Source of the DNA: Desulfomonilia bacterium
GTDB taxonomy: Bacteria > Desulfobacterota > Desulfomonilia > UBA1062
Assembly (NCBI GenBank): GCA_050014195.1
Contig: JBEKDT010000007.1
Location: forward strand, 96,001 to 160,000
Length of the DNA: 64,000 bases
Reading direction: 5' to 3'
Below the pieces are notes generated by a model. The model was not told the DNA's origin. It did not search any database and saw only the letters and a list, made by a program, of their open reading frames with translations. How positions within the stretch are numbered: the first letter of the stretch is position 1; every line of letters begins with the position of its first letter. Below, piece after piece: positions 40,556 through 50,369 of the stretch. Position numbers and translations under genes: made by a program.

Positions 40556-40623
40556 CCTATAGCGAACAGAATCACATCTATGTTCGATATACACTATATA
40601 GTTCGTTAAAGACGATATGTCAA
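40556..40623 (-). promoter_or_regulatory. Leftward promoter overlapped by GTTCG/CGAAC operator half-sites
   Basis: Minus-strand TTGACA (40623-40618), 17 bp, TATATA (40600-40595); CGAACA at 40563, TGTTCG at 40581, AGTTCG at 40600. Confidence 0.55.
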
Positions 40624-40707
40624 GGGGGAGATTTTCCCTTCTGGCTTTTAACTCCTCATTGAGGACACAACACGATTCTTATTAATGAAATGAAAGGATA
40701 ACAGGGA

Positions 40708-41121
40708 ATGTCATCATTGGGAGAAAGGATTAAAGAGTTGCGGCAATCCATGGGATGGACACAAGATAGGCTAGCTCAAGAGGCTGAAATTAGTAAGAGC
40801 TTTTTGAGCGAAATAGAAAACAATAAAGTTAGCCTTAGTGGAGAAAATCTCCTGAAGATTGCCAATGTTTTGAACACGTCTCTTGATTATTTAATGAAGG
40901 GTAATTATGTCTCAAGTGAAAAAAAACCTTCAAAACCAATTGAAATACCAAGGGAATTATCAGAGTTAGCAGAAGACCTTTCACTATCCCATAAAGCTAC
41001 ACTTGCTCTACTAGAGGCACATAACTCTCTGATTGCTAGGAGAAGTGATAAAGAAAAGACTGAGATGACCAAGGATAATTGGAGGGATTTATTTGAAAAA
41101 CTAAAAGAATATTTAAAATAA
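40708..41121 (+). CDS. XRE-family HTH regulator (CapH-like)
   Basis: LGERIKELR..WTQDRLA..ISKSFLSEIEN..IANVLNTSLDYL; divergent from the CBASS operon. Confidence 0.9.
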   Translation: MSSLGERIKELRQSMGWTQDRLAQEAEISKSFLSEIENNKVSLSGENLLKIANVLNTSLDYLMKGNYVSSEKKPSKPIEIPRELSELAEDLSLSHKATLALLEAHNSLIARRSDKEKTEMTKDNWRDLFEKLKEYLK

Positions 41122-41123
41122 AT

Positions 41124-42164
41124 ATGGACAAGCTTAACAATTCAAAAATTATTCAAAAAATAGCTAGTGAACTCGGATTAAAAAGGTATCGAGATGGACA
41201 AAATGCGATCCGAGAGTTCTGTATACAGGAAGTTGAGAATATAAAAACCCAGTTTGGCTTAATTGATAATCTTTCAAAGCTGTTAGAAGTTGTAAGTTCT
41301 TTTCTAAGGATTCGCTTTGAAGAGGTTAATGATGATAATGATATTGAAGCCATAAGTAAGAAATATCTAGCCCAAGGAGAACTAAAATTCGCTGATCTCT
41401 CAAGGGAATTGGATGCATCTACTGATGCAGTAATGATTTGTTTGATGAAAGATAAAGTATGGAGATATTCGGCAGTAATTGATTGTAGAGGATATAAAAA
41501 ATTCAGGGCTTATTTTACTAAATGGCATGAGGTTGCTCACATACTTACAAGATCTCCTCAAACTTTTCTTTTTCACCGAACTCCTTATTTTAAGAGAGAT
41601 CCTGAGGAAATATTGGTCGATAGGATAGCAGGTGATTTAGCCTTTTATACTCCCCTTTTTCTACCCGAATTATTGGCAAGGACAAAAACTACGAAACGGC
41701 TTACATTTGATATAATAGAGGAAATCCGTGAAATTGTTTGCCAAGGTGCAAGTAGAGAGGCAACAATTCGAGGAGCTATCTCAAGAGCACCTTTCCCTCA
41801 ATTAATGGTTATTGCAGATTATGGATTGAAAAAAAGTGAAGAAAAAGAATTATCCTCGAATCAGGGATTATTATTTACAGAGGGGAATGGTCAATTTTTA
41901 CCAAAGTTACGAGCCGTTGATGTTATTGTAAATAAACCAGCTCTTAATATAGGTTTATGGATTCATAAGAACATGGAAGTACCACAAGAATCCATTATTA
42001 GAAAAGCATATGAAGAATCATCTCCAAATGAGATTTATCATAACCGCGAAAACCTAAGCTGGTGGAAACATTCCCGAGGGGGACAGCTTAATAATATATG
42101 TGTTGATGTAGAAGTTACAAAGATAGGCAGACGTGTCTATGCTTTTATTAGTATATGCCCCTGA
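41124..42164 (+). CDS. ImmA/IrrE-like Zn metallopeptidase (CapP-like)
   Basis: R..FTKWHEVAH (HExxH) and downstream EE; starts 2 bp after the XRE gene. Confidence 0.8.
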   Translation: MDKLNNSKIIQKIASELGLKRYRDGQNAIREFCIQEVENIKTQFGLIDNLSKLLEVVSSFLRIRFEEVNDDNDIEAISKKYLAQGELKFADLSRELDASTDAVMICLMKDKVWRYSAVIDCRGYKKFRAYFTKWHEVAHILTRSPQTFLFHRTPYFKRDPEEILVDRIAGDLAFYTPLFLPELLARTKTTKRLTFDIIEEIREIVCQGASREATIRGAISRAPFPQLMVIADYGLKKSEEKELSSNQGLLFTEGNGQFLPKLRAVDVIVNKPALNIGLWIHKNMEVPQESIIRKAYEESSPNEIYHNRENLSWWKHSRGGQLNNICVDVEVTKIGRRVYAFISICP

Positions 42165-42217
42165 TTACCCAAAAAGCGCCGATAACAAGGAATATGTAAT
42201 GTTTGAGAACCATGGTA

Positions 42218-42340
42218 TTCTATATAGATCGTGCCAATATTTATACTTCTGCATGAGGCCATGAAAAGTATAGATCTTATCAGGAGATAGAAGCTTTCCT
42301 TGGCGTGCTAGAGTACATGTTAATCGTAGTAACCTATACT
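42218..42340 (+). repeat. Diverged non-coding direct repeat, copy A
   Basis: Aligns with 48359-48480; shares the exact 21-mer GAGATAGAAGCTTTCCTTGGC. Confidence 0.7.
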
Positions 42341-42624
42341 TTCGCATATATATGCCGAAATTTTAAGAGATCTATGCTGTGGCGATCTATTCCTTAAGTG
42401 CAGATCTCATTCGAGGCTGTTGAAAAACTCAGGGGCGAATAAAGATAAAAATTTCGACCTCACAGAATGCCCGACATTAGATTTTTCGTGAAAGAGACTT
42501 ATGTTTTGATGGTTCAATTTGGGGATTTTTCCAACTTTTTGGAGTTTTTTGATACCCATCTAAAAGGTTTACTCTTCCAAACATAAGAGCCGTTAACGGA
42601 TAAAAAGCAAAAGGAGGCAATCTT

Positions 42625-43650
42625 ATGGGAGAGCTGTATGTAGGGTTGGATCTGCATTCAGTGAACACGTACGTGGGCATCATGGAAGGTGAAACAAAGA
42701 GAAGGATATACCAGAACAGGCACAGGAATGAACTAGGGGAGATCCTGCAAGCGCTGGAACCGTATCGATGTGAGGTAAAAGGGATCGTTGTTGAGAGCAC
42801 GTATAATTGGTGTTGGCTTGTCGATGGGTTGATGGATGCTGGATATGATTGCGTTCATTTGGCGAATCCAGCTGCAATGAAACAGTATGAGGGGATCAAG
42901 TATAAAGATGACCGTCATGATGCATTCTGGCTCGCTCAGCTACTTATCCTTGGCATCCTTCCTGAAGGATATATCTATCCCAAAGAAGACAGGCCGGTGA
43001 GAGATCTATTGAGGAAACGAGCGTTTTTGATGCGGCACAGGACAGCCAATATCCTCTCATGCCAATCGATGATTGAGAGGAACACTGGGTTACGAATATC
43101 TGGAGCTGGGATCAAGAAGCTCTGTACAGAGGACTTGAGGAAGATCTTCGCTGATGATCATCTATTATTTTCAGGGAAGATGAGTACATTCATCATCGAT
43201 GTCCTGGATCACCATATTAAGAGTATTGAAAAGATGGTGCGCAAGGTCTTGAAGATTCGCCCGGGGTTTGAGGATCTGCTGACCGTCACTGGCATAGGAG
43301 ATATCCTGGCGATGACCATCATGCTGGAGGTGGGGAATATATCCCGGTTCCCTGGGGTAGGCAATTTTTCTTCGTACTGCAGGTGTGTCAACAGCGTTCA
43401 TACCAGCAATGGGAAGAAGAAGGGTGTTGGCAACACAAAGAACGGGAACAAGTATTTAGCCTGGGCATTTATGGAAGCGAGCAATTTTGCCAGGATGCAC
43501 AGTGAACGGGCGAATGCGTACTATCAGCGCAAGTCCCGGGAGACGAATCCTATCATTGCGAGGAAGGCGCTTGCGAACAAGCTTTCCCGTGCGTGCTACT
43601 ACATCATGAGAGATCAGGTTCCTTTCAGGGAGGAGGCCTTGTTCTCATAG
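42625..43650 (+). CDS. IS110-family DEDD recombinase/transposase
   Basis: VGLDLH, VVEST, KDDRHDA, TVTGIG, SNGK..G..KNGNKYL, ALANKL. Confidence 0.95.
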   Translation: MGELYVGLDLHSVNTYVGIMEGETKRRIYQNRHRNELGEILQALEPYRCEVKGIVVESTYNWCWLVDGLMDAGYDCVHLANPAAMKQYEGIKYKDDRHDAFWLAQLLILGILPEGYIYPKEDRPVRDLLRKRAFLMRHRTANILSCQSMIERNTGLRISGAGIKKLCTEDLRKIFADDHLLFSGKMSTFIIDVLDHHIKSIEKMVRKVLKIRPGFEDLLTVTGIGDILAMTIMLEVGNISRFPGVGNFSSYCRCVNSVHTSNGKKKGVGNTKNGNKYLAWAFMEASNFARMHSERANAYYQRKSRETNPIIARKALANKLSRACYYIMRDQVPFREEALFS

Positions 43651-44120
43651 AATGGCTGGGGTGGTGAATCCGGAGAGACTGTTGGCTGACAACCAGTGTT
43701 TTTTGATTGATCCGCCACCCTATGCCCTAAAACTGAGATTATCCGGCAGGGAAGGATAATCCGTTTCTGATCCGCCTCTGGCATGAACCATGCGAGTTTG
43801 GACAAAGAGCCAAGGATTTTGAAATGAACATTTTGGACATGCCAGGGAACAGACGATTTTCTGGGGCCTGAAAATCAGGCCAAGGGTTACTAAGGCATTG
43901 GCTGTTGCTACGCTCCGAGATCCCTTTTGTCTCTCCGCTCCGCAACAGCCAGGCATGGCAACCTTGATCCCGATGGGTGACCGGTGCGGTTCAGGATAAA
44001 TGAATCGTAACCACATAAGAAAGAAATAACTGGTGTGGTATCGGAGATAGATAATCGTCCATGTTGGCGATACGGTAAACTCTGCAAGAGAAAAACGACT
44101 CTTGTATTGGGAGAGCTATT
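43651..44120 (+). ncRNA. Candidate bridge/seek RNA of the IS110 element
   Basis: Stem-loop 43659-43720 whose internal loop matches both halves of the insertion target; further hairpin 43899-43951; boundaries approximate. Confidence 0.6.
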
Positions 44121-44433
44121 TTCTCATTGACAGAACCTTTTAATGGGCAACAGCCTCTTCTGATACCTTCAAGACAGCTAAAGCACAGATGTCCTCACGA
44201 GATGTGCTCATGTATGACAAGGTCATTTCTAGAAAGATCGTTATATCGATAGCCAAAAAATAAGCTTCTGATGAAGCATAGATATCATTTGAGAACCTGA
44301 TTCGATCCCTTTCATAATGTTATATGATATAGTATCATTTAATTTAAATAATACCGATATATTACTGCGGTAGAACTTATGTAGGCTAATTTAAGTATCA
44401 ACAGTCAAGAACATTGGGATAAATTATTGTCAC

Positions 44434-45195
44434 ATGAATACATTCTTGAAGTATATTAAATTATCTATACTTGCAATATCGATCTTCCTTTGCTCAGGAT
44501 GTGGTTCAATCTTTACATACTCTTGGATGCACTTTGGTACATATATCCAGCCAAAAACAAATAGAGAGAGGATAGATTATTTCATGGGTTCTCGAAGTGA
44601 TAGTTCTTTAATATATTCTCCACTTGCATCTTCAGGGGATAATATTTTAAGAGCACTTGCCATTTTTGATTTTCCATTGTCTTTTACTATTGATACGGTG
44701 TTATTTCCCTTCCTCATTGTTGAAAATACCACCCTTCAGCCCAAGTATCATTTTTTTAAATATCCTTTCGATGTAAGTCGATCAGATAGTAAGCTTATCC
44801 AAGATCTATGGATTTCTGACGATCGTGGTTGTGTACTTTATCTAGAGTTCGACTATACTGATTTGTCGGATGCGGACCGTGTTTTTAAGCTTGTTGGTGA
44901 AGCTAAAGGGCATGATCCTGGGATAGTAATTCCACTCCATCTAAGGATTCTGAACATTGACAACAAGGAATTACCCCCAAAATTAATTCATGAATACACA
45001 GTCTTAACACAAAATCAGTATTCGCATGGTGCTCGGGATTATTGGCGAGAATTATCAAGAATTGCTCTTACTCAAGGAATTTATCGTGTTGAAGTCAGTA
45101 CCATAAAAGAGATTCCCGAATTCTCAGGAATTTCAACATATATTCAAATGTCGAAGCCAATTCCATTCTGGAGCCCATACATGTTCCATGATTGA
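44434..45195 (+). CDS. Lipoprotein with YceK/YidQ-like N-terminal domain and extra C-terminal beta domain
   Basis: Lipobox SGCGS, Y.G.R.D and DFPLSFTIDTVLFP motifs. Confidence 0.7.
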   Translation: MNTFLKYIKLSILAISIFLCSGCGSIFTYSWMHFGTYIQPKTNRERIDYFMGSRSDSSLIYSPLASSGDNILRALAIFDFPLSFTIDTVLFPFLIVENTTLQPKYHFFKYPFDVSRSDSKLIQDLWISDDRGCVLYLEFDYTDLSDADRVFKLVGEAKGHDPGIVIPLHLRILNIDNKELPPKLIHEYTVLTQNQYSHGARDYWRELSRIALTQGIYRVEVSTIKEIPEFSGISTYIQMSKPIPFWSPYMFHD

Positions 45196-45652
45196 CATTG
45201 TGAAATTGATAAAATTTATAGATATCTATAAGCACATGAAGCTCGAATCATAGTATATATAACTCCTAAGAAAGTGCTTTTTTAATTAATATTATCAATT
45301 GGATATAAAAAGCAAAAACTGGAACTTTCTTCCATGAATAACCGGGGCATTGCCTCGGTCGGGGCTGTAATCAAGGTGGACTTTTCAAGATCCCGAAAAC
45401 CTATGATCTCCAAAAGATATTGAAATAAGCCCATCTCGGTGATCTGGTTACGAGAGCCTCACGGTATATGGACTTTCATCAAGGTAATATAAAGAGTACA
45501 AAAAGCAGGGTCCGTAAACCTTGTTTTCCTTACTAAAAACCGATATGAAATAGTGAGATTATCTGGAAAGTCACAGTGATCGTTGTAGTTGAAGAAGATA
45601 ATCTGATTAATTTCTCTAAATGACATAGCATCCATTAAGAAAAAGGATTTTA

Positions 45653-48139
45653 ATGAAAAAACATTTTTCTGTTAGTTTGATGGCCATTCTAATTCTAGTC
45701 TTGACTCTCTCTGGCTGCTATCTCCACAGCCGAGCTTTGACCACAACTTCATCTTCATCCACAAAATATTTTGCCTATGTCGCTGGTGGAGTACGCAATT
45801 ACATCTACGCCTATTCCATTAACGCCACGACCGGCGCGTTGACAGTTGCTTGCGGAAGTCCCTTTGCCACCAGTTCGAGTCCTCAATCAATCACAGTGGA
45901 CCCGATCGGTAAATTCGCTTATGTGACAAGTCAATTTTCAAATAATATCTCGATTTATTCCATTGACGCCACGACCGGTGCGTTGACTAAAATAAGTGAT
46001 AGCCCCTGTGCTGCCGGGTTGAGGCCTCTGTCAATCACCATGGACCCGACAGGTAAGTTTACTTATGTCACAAGTCATTTTTCAAATAATATCTCGGTTT
46101 ATTCCATTGACGCCACGACCGGCGCATTGACAGAAATAAGTGATAGCCCCTTTGCTGCCGGTTTGAAGCCTCAGTCAGTCACCGTGGACCCGACAGGTAA
46201 ATTCGCCTATGTCGCAAATCTTGGTTCAAATAACATCTCCACCTACTCTATTGATGCCACAACCGGTTCTTTGAGAGCTATTAACGGAAGTCCTTTTGCC
46301 GCTGCTTTAAACCCTAAATCAGTCACAGTGGACCCGACCGGTAAGTTCGCCTATGTCGCAAATCTTGGTTCAAATAACATCTCCGCCTACTCTATTGATA
46401 CCACAACCGGTTCTTTGCGAGCTATTGACGGAAGTCCTTTTGCCGCTGCTTTAAACCCTGAATCAGTCACAGTGGACCCGACCGGTAAGTTCGCCTATGT
46501 CGCAAATCATTCTTCAAATAATGTCTCAGCCTATTCCATTGACGCCACGACCGGCGCGTTGACGGAAATAAGCGATAGCCCCTTTGCTGCCGGTTTGAGG
46601 CCTCTGTCAGTAACAGTGGACCCAACAGGTAAATTCGCTTATGTCGTAAATTTTAGTTCAAATAATATCTCAGCCTATTCCATTAATGCCACGAGCGGAG
46701 CATTGACGTCTATTAGCGGAAGCCCCTTTGATACCGTTTCGGAATTTTCATCAATTATTACTGTAAGAATAAAGCATACACTGAGTTGTGGTAGCAATTG
46801 TAACACAGGAAGTGTAGGCACTCCTTCGGTTAAAATGAAAAATACAAATCTTGTAGATCTAACAAGAAATATTTCTTTATGGACATGGGTATCCGGGGAT
46901 ATTTCGGTTGACCAGATCGGGGTTTATGGCACTAAAGGAGTTGCTGCAGCCACAAATAAACCGGGAGGGCGGGTTGCTAGCATAAGTTGGACGGACAGCA
47001 AAGGTAATCTCTATCTCTTCGGTGGGTTTGGATATGACAGCGCAGGAAGTTTGGGATGGCTCAATGACCTATGGAAATATGACAGATCTGACTGGACATG
47101 GGTATCCGGGGATATTTCGGTTAACCAGATCGGAGCCTATGGCACTAAAGGAGTTGCTGCAGCCACAAATAAACCAGGGAGTCGGTGTGAAAGCATAAGT
47201 TGGACGGACAGCAGAGGTAATTTCTGGCTCTTCGGTGGGAATGGGAATGACAGCTCAGGAACGACCAACGGCGGTTATCTTAATGACCTATGGAAATATG
47301 ACGGAACGAACTGGACCTGGGTATCCGGGGATAATACGCAAGGCCAGCTTGGGGTCTATGGCACTAAAAGAGTAACATCAGCCACGAATAAGCCGGGGGC
47401 TCGGATCGGCAGTATAAGCTGGATGGACAGTAGTGGCAATCTCTGGCTCTTCGGCGGAAGGGGATTTGATGGCACAGGCATTGGGTATCTCAACGACCTG
47501 TGGAAATTCGACGGTGCCAACTGGACCTGGGTATCCGGGGATAGTATGGTTGCCCAGAACGGGGTTTATGGTACTAAAAAAGTTGCTGCTGGCACTAACA
47601 AACCAGGTGCGCGGAGTGGGAGCATAAGCTGGATAGACAGCAGCGGTAATCTGTGGCTCTTGGGTGGAGGTGGGTTTGACAGGGCAGGAAATTGGGGTTG
47701 TCTCAACGACCTGTGGAAATACGACGGTGTCAACTGGACCTGGGTATCCGGGGATAGTTACGTTAACCAGATCGGAGCCTATGGCACTAAAGGAGTTGCT
47801 GCAGTCACGAATAAACCAGGGGCACGGTTCGACAGCATAAGCTGGATGGATAAAAGTGATAATCTCTGGCTATTCGGCGGGATAGGTTATGACAACACAG
47901 GAAAATATAGTAGTCTCAACGATCTGTGGAAATTTGACAGAAAGGACTGGATCTGGATATCCGGGGATAGTACTGTTGACCAGAGCGCAGTCAATGGCAC
48001 TAAAGGAATTGCTGCAGCCACGAATAAACCGGGGGCACGGTTCGGCAGTATAAGCTGGATGGACAGCAATGGCAATCTCTGGCTCTTCGGCGGAAGGGGA
48101 CAAGGTGTTTTCAACGACTTATGGAAAGTCTCACCATAG
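45653..48139 (+). CDS. Lipoprotein with 7 lactonase-type propeller repeats and 6 Kelch-like repeats
   Basis: Lipobox LSGC; 48-aa DPTGKFAYV repeats; WTWVSGD..KPG.R..SW.D..GNLWLFGG..LNDLWK repeats. Confidence 0.88.
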   Translation: MKKHFSVSLMAILILVLTLSGCYLHSRALTTTSSSSTKYFAYVAGGVRNYIYAYSINATTGALTVACGSPFATSSSPQSITVDPIGKFAYVTSQFSNNISIYSIDATTGALTKISDSPCAAGLRPLSITMDPTGKFTYVTSHFSNNISVYSIDATTGALTEISDSPFAAGLKPQSVTVDPTGKFAYVANLGSNNISTYSIDATTGSLRAINGSPFAAALNPKSVTVDPTGKFAYVANLGSNNISAYSIDTTTGSLRAIDGSPFAAALNPESVTVDPTGKFAYVANHSSNNVSAYSIDATTGALTEISDSPFAAGLRPLSVTVDPTGKFAYVVNFSSNNISAYSINATSGALTSISGSPFDTVSEFSSIITVRIKHTLSCGSNCNTGSVGTPSVKMKNTNLVDLTRNISLWTWVSGDISVDQIGVYGTKGVAAATNKPGGRVASISWTDSKGNLYLFGGFGYDSAGSLGWLNDLWKYDRSDWTWVSGDISVNQIGAYGTKGVAAATNKPGSRCESISWTDSRGNFWLFGGNGNDSSGTTNGGYLNDLWKYDGTNWTWVSGDNTQGQLGVYGTKRVTSATNKPGARIGSISWMDSSGNLWLFGGRGFDGTGIGYLNDLWKFDGANWTWVSGDSMVAQNGVYGTKKVAAGTNKPGARSGSISWIDSSGNLWLLGGGGFDRAGNWGCLNDLWKYDGVNWTWVSGDSYVNQIGAYGTKGVAAVTNKPGARFDSISWMDKSDNLWLFGGIGYDNTGKYSSLNDLWKFDRKDWIWISGDSTVDQSAVNGTKGIAAATNKPGARFGSISWMDSNGNLWLFGGRGQGVFNDLWKVSP

Positions 48140-48358
48140 GCCGGTGAAGCGCCTAGTAGCAGTCCAATAAGGTTATCTTTTCATAATGACGACGAAGGTA
48201 TCAGACCATAAAAAAGCACCTGAAGGATAAACGTGGTTATAGATAGCTGTAATAGATGGATGCTTTCATATTGGTCTGAAAAGTTGATATATTCGGATAC
48301 CTTCAAAACGACCTACTACAGATAGCCTAACGCATCTATCATTTTTAAGATGGATAAT

Positions 48359-48480
48359 TTCTATATCAACCATGCCACTAGTTATACTTCTGCACGAGGG
48401 TAAAAAATATAGATCTCATCTAGAGATAGAAGCTTTCCTTGGCTTTCTGGAGCACACGTTTATCGTAGATATCGATAGTA
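48359..48480 (+). repeat. Diverged non-coding direct repeat, copy B
   Basis: Aligns with 42218-42340. Confidence 0.7.
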
Positions 48481-48626
48481 TGGCTTCGGAAGCAAGTTCT
48501 TATAGATCTTTACAGTCCACCTGGTTCATTGGCGAGTATAGATTGTGTGTAGATATCTTCAGTATGATCAGAGCGTTGAGTGTAACAAGATCTACACCTA
48601 TGGCTGACTCGGAATACGTATAAGAT

Positions 48627-50369
48627 TCATTCCAGGATAGAGGCCTGTGCACGTAAAAGGTCATGAAGGGTTACAATACCGGTTATGTTACCTGTTTTAT
48701 CATCAATAACAATGATGACGCCACTCGGTGATTCGATGAATTTATTACCTACATCCTTGACAGTTTGATCCGGATGACAGAATACAGCTTTGGGAATATC
48801 CGGTACTGCTTTATGGGTAATAAAGGATTCCATTTGATTCCGGGTAATAATGCCAACCTCATTATTTTCTAAAAGGATGGGGAAACAATTATAAGGGTGA
48901 TTATCGAGTATCGGCTGAAGATGGTTTTCATCAAGATTATCCACGACAATCGGGTGTGGATTGGCAATAGAAGATATGGGGAGGTTTTGCCAACTCTTGA
49001 TATCAAGAGGAGGCCGTATCTTGATGAGTTCGTGTCCATCCTGCAGCAGTAATGCGTCGTAGAAATTATTCCTGCCGGCTAAATGTGATACGATAACGCT
49101 GATGAATGTTCCAATCATCAACCCTGGTATAAGAGAGAACTGATGGGTCATTTCAAAGACAATTAATAATGAAGTAAGTGGAGCCCTCACTACAGCTCCA
49201 AGACATGTACTCATTCCGACCGCTGATAGAATAATTCGATCAGAAGACGTTAATGGTACCCATTGACCTATGAAACCTCCAATAAAATAACCGCACATAC
49301 CCCCGATAAAGAGCATGGGTGAAAAGATGCCTCCACATCCCCCGAAACTATAAGAGAATATCGTTGCAAAAAGTTTGGCGACCACGAGGATTCCTGCAAT
49401 CCACCAGATGATTTTATTGTCAAGTGCCTGCGAGAGATCCTGATACCCAAGACCGAAGACACCGATCTTCCCCACCGTCAGAAAAACGGAAACTCCTATT
49501 ATCCATGTAAGAATACCGCCACAGCAGGGAATAAGCCAGGCAGGGATACTCTTCTGTCTTTTGAGGTGATCTCGGAAGAAAAGAGTCGTGCGTTGAAAAA
49601 CAACACCAGCCAGTGATGCGACTGCAGCAACTAAAGGGACAAAGAAATAGTGAGTCCAGGTCGCATATTCAATGAAAGGCAGTCTAAAGGCAGGCTGCTT
49701 TCCAATGAAGGCAAACACGACAAACGCCCCGATCAGGGCAGATAAGACGACACGTCCGATAAAACGGTTATTTATATCGCTGACAAACTCCTCAAGGATA
49801 AATGTTATCGCTGCCAGCGGCGCATTGAAGGCCGCGGCTAATCCCGCGGAAGCGCCGATGACAACAGCACTTCGCCGCTGCCGAGCCGGTGTTCCCATGA
49901 TTCCTGCTATATTTGAAGCTATCCCGCCTCCGATATAGACCGTAGGTCCTTCTCGACCAAGGCTGGCACCTCCGCCTATGCTGAGAATGCCGGCTATGAA
50001 CTTAAGAAGGATGGGCCGCCATGGTACATATCCCAAATCCTTCCAGTAAGCCGCCTTTAGTTGTGGAATACCGCTCCCGGCTGCATCAGGGTTGAACCTA
50101 TAGAGGAGAATCCCCACGATAAGGGATGATCCGACAACAAAAATAAAGCTGGCTGCCAGGAAAAAGAGCTTTGAGTGAGTTGAGAATGCAATGAAAGTAT
50201 GTGCATATACATAGTTGAGAGCTGTCATGAAACAAATGGCTGATATACCTGCCAACATGGCATAAATGATTGTTTGAACAAGGGTACGTGTATTGTCAGG
50301 AAGTATTTTCAACAAAGAAAGTAATGAGTTGAATATATCTGTTTTCATGTTCATGTCATCCAAAAACAA
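48627..50369 (-). CDS. ClC chloride channel/antiporter with CBS domains
   Basis: GSGIP, GREGP and GGIFSP signature motifs; C-terminal CBS pair. Confidence 0.93.
   Translation of the reverse strand: MFLDDMNMKTDIFNSLLSLLKILPDNTRTLVQTIIYAMLAGISAICFMTALNYVYAHTFIAFSTHSKLFFLAASFIFVVGSSLIVGILLYRFNPDAAGSGIPQLKAAYWKDLGYVPWRPILLKFIAGILSIGGGASLGREGPTVYIGGGIASNIAGIMGTPARQRRSAVVIGASAGLAAAFNAPLAAITFILEEFVSDINNRFIGRVVLSALIGAFVVFAFIGKQPAFRLPFIEYATWTHYFFVPLVAAVASLAGVVFQRTTLFFRDHLKRQKSIPAWLIPCCGGILTWIIGVSVFLTVGKIGVFGLGYQDLSQALDNKIIWWIAGILVVAKLFATIFSYSFGGCGGIFSPMLFIGGMCGYFIGGFIGQWVPLTSSDRIILSAVGMSTCLGAVVRAPLTSLLIVFEMTHQFSLIPGLMIGTFISVIVSHLAGRNNFYDALLLQDGHELIKIRPPLDIKSWQNLPISSIANPHPIVVDNLDENHLQPILDNHPYNCFPILLENNEVGIITRNQMESFITHKAVPDIPKAVFCHPDQTVKDVGNKFIESPSGVIIVIDDKTGNITGIVTLHDLLRAQASILE

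Larger units (their letters stand above)
42550..44147 (+). mobile_element. IS110-family element, IS1111-type (short left end, long right end, subterminal IRs)
   Basis: IRs CCCATCTAAAAGGTT (42555-42569) and AACCTTTTAATGGG (44134-44147); outward TTGACA at 44127-44132; about 500-bp non-coding right end. Confidence 0.85.
42413..44157. mobile_element. MITE (about 147 bp) with 18-bp terminal inverted repeats, interrupted by IS110
   Basis: IRL GAGGCTGTTGAAAAACTC (42413-42430); GAGTTTTT (42542-42549) + CAACAGCCTC (44148-44157) rejoin to its exact reverse complement; TTC flanks both ends. Confidence 0.8.

Noticed and set aside
43720-44016. Minus-strand ORFs in the IS110 right end
   Set aside because: No protein motifs; the region is better explained as structured non-coding RNA
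46184-46471. DGR template/variable repeat pair (6 of 7 differences at A in the first copy)
   Set aside because: Both copies are in-frame tandem blades of one gene, one difference is G to A, the sample is small, and no reverse transcriptase is present in the window
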